From: Dehalococcoidia bacterium
GTDB taxonomy: Bacteria; Chloroflexota; Dehalococcoidia; Bin125
Assembly: GCA_963555985.3 (NCBI GenBank)
Contig: OY820591.1
Coordinates: 288,001-352,000 of the forward strand
DNA: 64,000 nucleotides
Direction: 5' to 3'
How positions within the stretch are numbered: the first letter of the stretch is position 1; every line of letters starts with the position of its first letter. Shown here one piece after another: positions 20,040-28,184 of the stretch. The position numbers and the translations under genes are program-made. The notes beneath the pieces were generated by a model. That model ran no database searches. It had not been told where the DNA came from and saw nothing but the letters and a program-made list of their open reading frames with translations.

Positions 20040-20347
20040 TTCCCCGTTCAAGCCGGGGGTCATCGCCGCGCCCGCTTCCGTCATACCCGCGCTTGTCGCG
20101 GGTATCTCGCCGTGATCTGCACCGTCGTCGCTTATACGGCGAGATTGCCGCGACGGAGCGCGGCAATGACGGAGAGAGGGACGCGGGTATGACGGAGAAG
20201 ATCGACTGTTGCACAAGTCTCCTTGAGGGGGTGAGACGTGGGGTATCAGAGGGGGCTGGGCGTTCTCACCCCCTCTGCCTGCGGCATCTCCCCCTCAAGG
20301 GGGAGATCGATTGAGGTTTGTGCGCAAGTCTGCTCAAGGGGGGAGAT
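20040..20347. repeat. Composite repeat cluster (inverted pair of GATACCCGCG-type hairpins, TIR-like end, family A hairpin)
   Basis: CCGTCATACCCGCG..CGCGGGTATCTCGCCGT and its inverted partner ACGGCGAGATTGCCGCG..CGCGGCAATGACGG; CCCCTCTGCCTGCGGCATCTCCCCCTCAAGGGGGAGA. Confidence 0.8.
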
Positions 20348-20358
20348 TGGATTTGTAG

Positions 20359-22269
20359 ATGGCGTTGCTCGCAGCAGCCTTTGTGGTCGTCTTTGGCTTG
20401 CAGTTGTTGCGGGGCATGGTGGCGGGGCTGTCGGTTTACCTGGGGCAGGTGCGGGATCTTGATCCGCTGCTCCTGGGCGGGCTGATCTTCGCGGTCTTTC
20501 TGGCGGGGTTTGGGGCGCGGTTGGTGCGGCTGCTGCTTGGCGTCGGTTGGGCGTTTCCGATCCTTGCCGCTGTCTTGGCGCTGCTGCGCCTCGCGGAACA
20601 GTTCAGTTCGCAGCCGGACGCTCGGCTCATCATCGAGATCGCCGGAGTCGTGGTTTGGCTCTGGCTTGTACCGCTGGTGCTTGCGGGCGATCACGCGGTC
20701 GGCAAGAGGCGCGATGCGGCTTCGCCGGTTGTGGCGCTGTTGCTCGGGCTCACGTTCGATACGGCGATTAAGGGGGCGTTTGGGACGCTTGATCTGAGCT
20801 TTGCTGCGGGGTTGGCGCCGCAGCTGACGACGGTTGCGCTGACGTGTGCGCAGCTCGGGTTGATCCTGTTGATGGCTCGCACTCGCGCCCAAGCGGAGAG
20901 CGCGATTGCTCTGCCTGCGTCCGCGTATGTGGTTGGGTCCGGGCTTGCGCTGCACCTGCTGATCTTTCAGAACATCGCGCATCATGCGGCGCTGATTGGC
21001 TGGTCGTTGCCGGCGGTGTTCGCCTGGACGCTGGCGGCGAATTTGATTGCGATCTGGGCGGTGGTTTGGTTATCTCGGCGTGCTTCGGGCTTGCCTCGTT
21101 GGGCGTCGGTTGGGGCTGCGGGGTTGCTGGTAGCGAGCGTCGCGCCGGGTCTCTCGCCGGCGTTGGCGGCGATTGCCGCGCTCGTGGGGCCGGTTGCGAT
21201 CGCGGTGCTGTGGACGCCTGCGCTTGCGGGCAGTAGCGGAGATCGGCGCGGGTGGGTTGCGGTTGCGCTGGGATTGTTGGCGATTCCGGTGGTGCTGTTT
21301 GGATGGTACGCGCACTATGAGATTGCGGTTCCGATTCCGCAGTGGCTGATTCCGTTGGTTGCGGGGCTGTTGGTTGCGGGTCCGGTTTGGGTGTGGAGTC
21401 CCCCCTCTGTTCCTTGTTCAAGCCAGGGACAGGCTCCTGCGGGACATCTCCCCCCGCACTACGGGGGGAGAGTGGGGATCGGCGTTGCGGTTGGGGCGAT
21501 CTTGTTGCTCTTGCTGCCTTTGTATCAATTTCTCGCCTGGAATTCGCCTCCTGCGCCTCCCGCTGAGGGTTCTTCGCTGCGGGTGATGACTTACAACATT
21601 CATCAGGGTTTCGACCTCTCCGGGCGGCCCGGGCTCGAAGGCGTTGCCGAGGCGATTGAGGCTGAGCAGGCTCAGATTGTGGGCTTGCAGGAGGTTCCGC
21701 GCGGTTGGGTGGTCAATGGCTCGGTGGATGCGCTGAGTTGGCTCGCGCAGCGGCTGGGGATGCACGCCGCCTGGGGTCCGGCCGCCGATCCGTTCTGGGG
21801 CAACGCGATTCTGAGCCGTTATCCAATCGTGCGGGTTGAGAATGCGCCAATGCCGGACAACGCCGACATCCTCTTCGACCGCGCCTATTTGGTCGTCACG
21901 ATTGAGGTCGGCGGTAAGCAACTTCAGGTCGTTGCGACGCATCTGCACCACGTCCAGCGGGAGCGGCAACACCGCTTGCCTCAGGTTCGGGCGCTGATCG
22001 AGGGCGTTGACTGGAGCCGTCCGACGATCCTGTTGGGCGATCTCAATGCCCAGCCGCAGCACGAGGAATTGCGGCTACTGCTGCGGGCGGGTCTGGCGAC
22101 GAGCGAGCGTCCGATCCCGACGTATCCGTCGGATCGGGCGAGGCGGCAGCTTGACTACGTTCTGGTAACGCCCCACTTCGCACTCAGCGAAGCGACGGCA
22201 ATCCGCACCACTGCCTCGGATCATCGACCGCTGGCGGCGACGCTGATTCGTGTAGAAGCTGCTCAGTGA
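20359..22269 (+). CDS. Polytopic membrane protein with C-terminal endonuclease/exonuclease/phosphatase domain (CWH43/PGAP2IP-like architecture)
   Basis: About a dozen hydrophobic segments, then MTYNIHQG, GLQEV, NAILSRYP, GDLN, DY and SDH motifs. Confidence 0.8.
   Translation: MALLAAAFVVVFGLQLLRGMVAGLSVYLGQVRDLDPLLLGGLIFAVFLAGFGARLVRLLLGVGWAFPILAAVLALLRLAEQFSSQPDARLIIEIAGVVVWLWLVPLVLAGDHAVGKRRDAASPVVALLLGLTFDTAIKGAFGTLDLSFAAGLAPQLTTVALTCAQLGLILLMARTRAQAESAIALPASAYVVGSGLALHLLIFQNIAHHAALIGWSLPAVFAWTLAANLIAIWAVVWLSRRASGLPRWASVGAAGLLVASVAPGLSPALAAIAALVGPVAIAVLWTPALAGSSGDRRGWVAVALGLLAIPVVLFGWYAHYEIAVPIPQWLIPLVAGLLVAGPVWVWSPPSVPCSSQGQAPAGHLPPHYGGRVGIGVAVGAILLLLLPLYQFLAWNSPPAPPAEGSSLRVMTYNIHQGFDLSGRPGLEGVAEAIEAEQAQIVGLQEVPRGWVVNGSVDALSWLAQRLGMHAAWGPAADPFWGNAILSRYPIVRVENAPMPDNADILFDRAYLVVTIEVGGKQLQVVATHLHHVQRERQHRLPQVRALIEGVDWSRPTILLGDLNAQPQHEELRLLLRAGLATSERPIPTYPSDRARRQLDYVLVTPHFALSEATAIRTTASDHRPLAATLIRVEAAQ
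21400..21472. repeat. REP-like family A repeat (with micro-insert) lying in frame inside the EEP gene
   Basis: CCCCCTCTGT[..CAGGGACAGGCT]CCTGCGGGACATCTCCCCCCGCACTACGGGGGGAGA, translated as PPSVPCSSQGQAPAGHLPPHYGGR. Confidence 0.8.
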
Positions 22270-22276
22270 TACGGAA

Positions 22277-22327
22277 TCACTGTTCCTCGTCGATGATGAT
22301 CACGTTGGCGTCGAGGACGACTCTCAT
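22277..22327 (-). pseudogene. 16-codon stub resembling a PIN-domain toxin N-terminus
   Basis: Reads MRVVLDANVIIIDEEQ-stop; MRVVLDxNV is the usual PIN beta1 motif. Confidence 0.45.
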
Positions 22328-22418
22328 TGCTGTGAGAGGCTGATGCATAACCCCTGAATTGCCTCATTTCCGCCAATCCGACTCAACGAAGCATCCAGTG
22401 CCGACCAGATACGGAGAC

Positions 22419-22650
22419 TGGATTCCCGCATTCGGAGGCTCCCTGCCTACGCAGGGACAGGCTTTTGCGAAAGTCCATCCTGGTGCGTTGGGGGCTCGGA
22501 GGAGCGGATCGCGCGATGTGAGGTCGGTGGTACGACCAGATTGAGAGTGGTTTCAGACTTGGTTGCTTCGAGATTCCCGCCTACGCGGGAATGACGGAAA
22601 TGTGGATTTTGCAAAGGTCTTCCTGCGCGGGAATGACGGAATTTGGGATT
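22419..22650. repeat. Nested repeat cluster: dRS3-like hairpin halves flanking a TIR-bounded segment
   Basis: GATTCCCGC at 22421; inverted ends GGAGGCT/TTTGCGAAAGTCC and GGATTTTGCAAAGGTCTTCC; ATTCCC-N8-GGGAAT at 22573-22592; GCGCGGGAATGAC at about 22625. Confidence 0.75.
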
Positions 22651-22735
22651 GCGCGCGGGTCGCCTCTGGGTGTTACTCAGTCTTACTCCGAGTTTCGGAG
22701 CGCGCTGGTCGGTTGTCAAGTCCGGCCTGGCTTGC

Positions 22736-23566
22736 TTAGTCGCGCTTGGAGGGGTGCCAGCGCAGGACGTAGCGGTCGATGCCGGCGACGATCATGTACT
22801 GGCTGATGCCGAGGGCGCAGGCCATCACGATGGCGGTCCAGACTTGAACGGTACGGACGTTGTTGGCCTGGTTGCGGATGTAGCCGCCGAGGTTTTCGAA
22901 GCTGCCGCCGAAGTACTCGGAGATGATGGCGACGATCATGGCGATTGTGACCGCGATCTTGAGACCGGAGAAGAAGAGCGGCAGCGCATAGGGCACGTGC
23001 AGGCTCCAGAAGGTGCGGAACGGTCCGGCGGCGTAGGAGCGCATCAACTCCTGCGCGTTCGGGTCGGCATTGCGCAGGCCGACCAGCGTGTAGGTGAAGA
23101 GGATTGGCGCGGTCGAGATGGCGACCGTGGCGATCTTTGAGCCTGCCTCAATGCCAAACCAGACCACAGTCAGCGGAGCGAGCGAGATCACCGGCACGGC
23201 CTTGAGCACGGCGGCGTAGATGCCGACGCCTTCGGCCAGCCAACGAGTACGGGAGGTGAGCGCGGCGAGCACGATCCCGATCGCGCCGCCGAGCAGGAGA
23301 CCGCGTCCGGCCACGCCGAGCGTGTTCCGGCCTTGGCGGATGAGCCTGCCGAAGTCCTCGAAGAAGAGGTCGATGATCTCGCTCGGGCGAGGCAGCAGGA
23401 AGCGCTGGATCGCGAAGACTTCGATGATCAACTCCCAGAGCGCGATCGCGGCGATGAACACGAGCAGAGGCGGCAGCACGACAGCCGCGTGGCGAGTCCA
23501 CGGTCGCGGCTGTTCGGGGGCGTCCTCTTCGAACGCGGGCCGGTCGGGATCGACGGTCGCGGCCAT
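22736..23566 (-). CDS. NitT/TauT-type ABC transporter permease
   Basis: LLPRPSEI, VPVISLAP, PYALP, SEYFG. Confidence 0.9.
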   Translation of the reverse strand: MAATVDPDRPAFEEDAPEQPRPWTRHAAVVLPPLLVFIAAIALWELIIEVFAIQRFLLPRPSEIIDLFFEDFGRLIRQGRNTLGVAGRGLLLGGAIGIVLAALTSRTRWLAEGVGIYAAVLKAVPVISLAPLTVVWFGIEAGSKIATVAISTAPILFTYTLVGLRNADPNAQELMRSYAAGPFRTFWSLHVPYALPLFFSGLKIAVTIAMIVAIISEYFGGSFENLGGYIRNQANNVRTVQVWTAIVMACALGISQYMIVAGIDRYVLRWHPSKRD

Positions 23567-23569
23567 TGC

Positions 23570-24394
23570 TTACCAGCCCATCGCCTCGCCCAGGGCTTCG
23601 CGGACCTCGGTGACGAGTTCGTAGTAGCGGGTGGATTCCTCCACCTCGGTGGTGCGGGGGTAGGGCAGATCGATCGGGATGATGGTCTGCACGCGGCCCG
23701 GGCGTGCGGTCATTACCACGACTCGGCCGGAGAGGAGCACAGCTTCGGGGATGCTGTGGGTGACGAAAAGGATGGTGGTGTCGGTCTCGGCCCAGATGCG
23801 GTGGAGTTCGAGGTTCATGCGGTCGCGGGTGATCTCGTCGAGCGCGCCGAACGGTTCGTCCATCAGCAGGATCGAGGGGCGGAAGACCAGCGCCCGCGCG
23901 AGCGAGACGCGCTGCTGCATCCCGCCGGAGAGCTGGTAGGGGTGGTGTCCCTCGAATCCGTCCAGGCCGACCATGCCCAGCAGCCGCTCGATCTCTTCCT
24001 GCCGCTTGGCCTTGGTCATGCCCGGGATGCGCATGAGCTCGAGCGGGAGGGCGACGTTCTTCCAAACGGTGCGCCAATCGAAGAGCGTGGGCGCTTGAAA
24101 GATGAAGCCGTAGTCGCGATCGAGACGGGCTTGCCGCGGAGTCTTGCCGTTGACGAGTACGTTGCCGCCGCTCGGTTCGATCAGGTCGGCGGCGAGACGC
24201 AGGAGGGTCGATTTGCCGCAGCCCGAGGGGCCGATCAGGGAGACGAACTCGCGCTCGGCGATGTCGAGGTCGACGCTCTCGATCGCGAGCGTTGCGTTAC
24301 TGCCGCTGCCGAATTCCTTGCGTACGCCCTCGAAGGTGATGCCGCGCTGCGAACCGGTTGAGAGCGTCTCGGCCGCGGTGTCGGGTGTGGTCAT
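23570..24394 (-). CDS. NitT/TauT-type ABC transporter ATPase
   Basis: GPSGCGKST, LSGGMQQR, MDEPFGALD, FVTHS. Confidence 0.92.
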   Translation of the reverse strand: MTTPDTAAETLSTGSQRGITFEGVRKEFGSGSNATLAIESVDLDIAEREFVSLIGPSGCGKSTLLRLAADLIEPSGGNVLVNGKTPRQARLDRDYGFIFQAPTLFDWRTVWKNVALPLELMRIPGMTKAKRQEEIERLLGMVGLDGFEGHHPYQLSGGMQQRVSLARALVFRPSILLMDEPFGALDEITRDRMNLELHRIWAETDTTILFVTHSIPEAVLLSGRVVVMTARPGRVQTIIPIDLPYPRTTEVEESTRYYELVTEVREALGEAMGW

Positions 24395-24406
24395 GGCCTT
24401 GTCCCT

Positions 24407-25282
24407 TCAGCTCAGTTCCTGGGCGCGGTGTCCGCGCAAGATGACGATCTGGATGATGCGCACCATCGCCACCATTGCGCCACCGAGCAGGCAGGCGCCG
24501 CCGATGGCTGCGAACAGGGACTCGGGTTGCAGGCTGAAGTATTGCTGTGAGGTGAGAATCACGACGCCGATGCCGTCCTGCGATCCGACGGGCAGCTCAG
24601 CCACGATCGCGCCGATCACGCTGAAGGCGGCAGCCACTTCGAGGCCGGTGAAGATGTAGGGCAAAGCGCTGGGCAGACGCAGCTTGAAGAACACCTCGGT
24701 CGGTGAGGCTCCGTAGGAGGCCATTAAGTCGAGACTGTCCTGGGAGACGTCGCCGATCCCGCGCGCGGTTGAGACGGCGATCGGGAAGAAGGCGAGGAAA
24801 CCGGCGATCAGGGCCTTGGTTTCCCAGCCGGTCCCGAGCCAGATCACGAGGGCCGGCGCGATCGCGACGATTGGGACGGTTTGCGCGCCGATCACGAAGG
24901 GCATGATCCCGCGTCCGGTCCAGCGGCTGAGCGCCATTAGCGTGCCAGCGGCGAATCCCGCGACGATCGCGACCGAGAGACCGGTCAGCGCTTCGATGAA
25001 GGTGAGGCGCAGATTGCGGCCAATCGCGAGCCAGACCTTGTCGCCCTGCGAGTTGATGCTGAAGAGGTAATCGGCGACCTCGTGGAAGTGGGGCAGCGTC
25101 GTTCGGGGCGCGTCGGTGACCCACTTGAGGAATTCCCAACCGCCGAGGAAGAGCGCGATCAGAATCAGGATGAGGGTGACTCTGGCCGAAGCCGAGCGCA
25201 AGCGTTCGGCACGCTCGTCGGTGAGGAGGCGGTCACGTGCGGCGAACTGCGGGGATGTCTGCGGACTCGCGCTGGCGCTCAT
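24407..25282 (-). CDS. NitT/TauT-type ABC transporter permease
   Basis: QTVPIVAIAP, FFPI, LRLPSALP, GAIVAE. Confidence 0.9.
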   Translation of the reverse strand: MSASASPQTSPQFAARDRLLTDERAERLRSASARVTLILILIALFLGGWEFLKWVTDAPRTTLPHFHEVADYLFSINSQGDKVWLAIGRNLRLTFIEALTGLSVAIVAGFAAGTLMALSRWTGRGIMPFVIGAQTVPIVAIAPALVIWLGTGWETKALIAGFLAFFPIAVSTARGIGDVSQDSLDLMASYGASPTEVFFKLRLPSALPYIFTGLEVAAAFSVIGAIVAELPVGSQDGIGVVILTSQQYFSLQPESLFAAIGGACLLGGAMVAMVRIIQIVILRGHRAQELS

Positions 25283-25316
25283 CGATCGGCGGGCTCGCTT
25301 TCGGCTGCTGGACGGG

Positions 25317-26339
25317 CTATCCGACGGGCCGAACCGCCCGTGCGATCTTCTCGACGGTGCTCTCGTAGTTGGCAAGCGGAGTGAGCACGGGTTCGCTGCA
25401 ACCGGCGGCGACGAACGCTTCGATGCGTTCGATGGTCTCTGAGGTGGTGCCGCAGCAGCAGACGTCGCGGACGAGCTCGTCGGGGATGAACTGCATCGCT
25501 TCCTCGATCTGCTCCTGCGTCGCGGGCCAGCCCATTGTGCTCTTGACGCCGGCGATTTGCTCCTCCGTCGCGCCGCAGGTCTCGGTGATGTGCGGCTGCT
25601 GCCCGATGTACTGGGTGAGGAACTTCTTGCAGGCGTCGACCGCCGCCTTCGGATCGTCGTCGTCGATTGCGACTCCCAGCAGCTGGGGGCAATCGATCTC
25701 GTCCATTGAGCGACCGGCGCGGTCGGCGCCGATCTTGATGTGCTCCACCGAGAGCGCGGTGTATTCGGGCGGAACGAGGAAGTCCATCAGGGCTCCGTCG
25801 GCGATCTCGCCGACCAGTTCCATCATCCGCAAACGGACGGCGCCGATGTAGATCGGCACGGGATAGGAGGGGCTGTCGTCGTCTTCGGGGGTGTCGAACT
25901 TGATCTCTTCGACATCGACGTATTCGCCTTTGTAGGTCACCGACTTGCCATCGAGCAGGTCTTTGAGGGCGAGGATGATCTCTTTCATCGCGGTTCGGGG
26001 CTTGGCCGTGTGCAGACCGTTGCGGGTCGCCAGCGGCTCCCACCAGGCACCGAGCCCGAGTTTGAACCGGCCGGGAGCGAGGTCGTCAAGCGTGCGTGCG
26101 GTCATGCCCAGCAGCCCGACGCTGCGGGTGCGGAAGGGGAAGATGCCACTGCCAAGCGTGATCCGGTTGGTGTTGGCGGCGGCCAGGGTGAGATGCACGA
26201 CCGAGTTGCGGGTGAGCCGGCCCTCACCGGTCCAGACCGTCTCGAAGCCCTGCTCTTCCGCCCACTGCGCCTGGGGGACGATATCGCGTGGATGGTCGAT
26301 CCCTGACATCAATCCGAGTTTCATGTCTGCTGCTCCCAT
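25317..26339 (-). CDS. LLM-class oxidoreductase, Mer-like (possibly F420-dependent)
   Basis: AEEQGFETVW-GE, TLDDLAPGRFKLGLG, VPIYIGA, GEIADG. Confidence 0.85.
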   Translation of the reverse strand: MGAADMKLGLMSGIDHPRDIVPQAQWAEEQGFETVWTGEGRLTRNSVVHLTLAAANTNRITLGSGIFPFRTRSVGLLGMTARTLDDLAPGRFKLGLGAWWEPLATRNGLHTAKPRTAMKEIILALKDLLDGKSVTYKGEYVDVEEIKFDTPEDDDSPSYPVPIYIGAVRLRMMELVGEIADGALMDFLVPPEYTALSVEHIKIGADRAGRSMDEIDCPQLLGVAIDDDDPKAAVDACKKFLTQYIGQQPHITETCGATEEQIAGVKSTMGWPATQEQIEEAMQFIPDELVRDVCCCGTTSETIERIEAFVAAGCSEPVLTPLANYESTVEKIARAVRPVG

Positions 26340-26371
26340 CCCGATCAGTGCGCACCGGCTGCGCTACCCGG

Positions 26372-26776
26372 TTAGCTGTCGTCCTCCGCGTCAATGGCGG
26401 CGAAGACCTCTGCGGCGACCTGCAACCCCGATAGCCCCATCGGGAAGCCGCCGTAGGCGAACTGGTGGACAAAGACGCTCTGGATCTCCTCGCGCGTGAA
26501 CCCTTGCGCGAGCGCGCCGGCGATGTGTCCGCGCAGTTGCCGCTCGCGTCCCAGCGCCGAGATTGTCGCCAGCGTGATGATCCGCTTCGTGCGTACGTCC
26601 AGCGGTCCGTGAGTCCAGACATCGCCGAAGCAGAACTCGCCCAGCATCCGTGCGACCTCTGGGCCGACCTCGCCGTTGGCCGCGGCGATCGCGTCCATGC
26701 CGCTCGGATCCATGCTGATGCTCTGCATCAGCTCGACGCCTTGTTGGTAGCGATCGCTGTCGTGGTAGTCAGTCAC
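26372..26776 (-). CDS. Carboxymuconolactone decarboxylase family protein
   Basis: FGDVW, LDVRTKRIITLA, QLRGHI, YGGFP. Confidence 0.85.
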   Translation of the reverse strand: MTDYHDSDRYQQGVELMQSISMDPSGMDAIAAANGEVGPEVARMLGEFCFGDVWTHGPLDVRTKRIITLATISALGRERQLRGHIAGALAQGFTREEIQSVFVHQFAYGGFPMGLSGLQVAAEVFAAIDAEDDS

Positions 26777-26839
26777 AGTCGGAACCCGTCCTTTCTCTGC
26801 TCTCTGTCAAACTGCGCCGTTCGCGCGGACTGGATAGCG

Positions 26840-28183
26840 CTATGCACGGACGGCTTCGTCGGTGAGCTCGAGCGCGCGGTCGACGACCGACAGCGCCCAG
26901 CGCAACTCTTCTTCGCTGATCGAGAGCGGCGGGTTGCCGAAGATGAAGTCGCCGCGCACGTTGACGAACATGCCCTCGTCGCGGAAGAACTGATCGACCC
27001 GTCGCGTGAGCTCGGGATCGACCGACATCAACGGCGCTTTGCTGCGGCGATCCGCTGTCAGCTCCAGCACCGTGAACAGCCCTCGTCCGCGCCCTTCGCC
27101 GACCGACGGGTGCCGCTCGGTCATGGCGGCGTATTCGGACTGGATGAGCTGGCCCATTCGGGCGGCGTTCTCGATTAGGTCGTCTTGCTCGTAGACGCTA
27201 ATGGTCGCCAGGGCGGCGGCGCAGCCGACGGCGTGGCTGCCGTAGGTGATCCCATGTCCGAGCGGGTGCTGCTCGAAGTGAGCTGCGATCTGGTCGCTGA
27301 CGATCACCGCACCGAGCGGCACGATCGCGCTGGTCAGGCCCTTGGCCATCGTCATGATGTCGGGCACGACGCCCTCGTGTTCGATCGCGAACCACTTGCC
27401 GGTTCGGCCGAAGCCCGCCATGACCTCATCGTCGATCAGCAGGATGCCGTAGCGATCGCAGAGCTCTCGTACGCCCTGGTACCAGCCTGCCGGCGGAACG
27501 ATGATCCCGTTGGTGCCGGTGATCGGCTCCAGGAGGAAGGCCGCGATCGTGTCGGGCCCCTCACGCTGGATTACGTCCTCGAGGTACTGCATGTAGGCGG
27601 GAACAAAGTCCTCCTGATCGACCGCCAACGGGCTGCGGTAGAGATATGGATCGAGAATCCGGACGACACCGGTCATGCCTTCCTCGGACGGCATTCGGCG
27701 GAAGTCGCCCGATGCGTACATGACGCCCTGGCTGCTGCCGTGATAGGAGCGGTAGCGGGTCATGATCTTGTGGCGGCCGGTGAAGAGGCGGGCAATCCGA
27801 ACCGCCGCCTCGTTCGCGTCGGCTCCGGCCAGGGTGATGTAGGACTTGTTCAGACCGGGCGGCGTGATCCGCGCCAGTTCGCGCCCCAGCGCGCCCCGCG
27901 CCTCGGTCGCGTGGGCCGGCACGACGTAGGGCAACTGCGAGACCTGCTCGTTGATCGCGCGGACGACCCGATCATCGGCGTGACCGATGTTGACGCACAT
28001 CGCCTGCGAGTTGAAATCGAGGTAGCGCTTGCCGTCGGCGTCCCAGAGGTAGTTTCCCTTGGCGCGCACGAACGGGATCGGGTTGATCTGTTCCTGCGTG
28101 CCCCACTCGTAGAGGGTGTACTCGCGGCAGAGATCGAGGATCTCTTCCGCGCTCGCGGCTGCGACCGCTTCGTTGGTGGTCAT
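26840..28183 (-). CDS. Class III PLP aminotransferase (probable beta-alanine transaminase)
   Basis: YLDFNSQ, SYHG, DEVMAGFGRTG, MAKG (PLP lysine); operon context. Confidence 0.88.
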   Translation of the reverse strand: MTTNEAVAAASAEEILDLCREYTLYEWGTQEQINPIPFVRAKGNYLWDADGKRYLDFNSQAMCVNIGHADDRVVRAINEQVSQLPYVVPAHATEARGALGRELARITPPGLNKSYITLAGADANEAAVRIARLFTGRHKIMTRYRSYHGSSQGVMYASGDFRRMPSEEGMTGVVRILDPYLYRSPLAVDQEDFVPAYMQYLEDVIQREGPDTIAAFLLEPITGTNGIIVPPAGWYQGVRELCDRYGILLIDDEVMAGFGRTGKWFAIEHEGVVPDIMTMAKGLTSAIVPLGAVIVSDQIAAHFEQHPLGHGITYGSHAVGCAAALATISVYEQDDLIENAARMGQLIQSEYAAMTERHPSVGEGRGRGLFTVLELTADRRSKAPLMSVDPELTRRVDQFFRDEGMFVNVRGDFIFGNPPLSISEEELRWALSVVDRALELTDEAVRA

Positions 28184-28184
28184 G

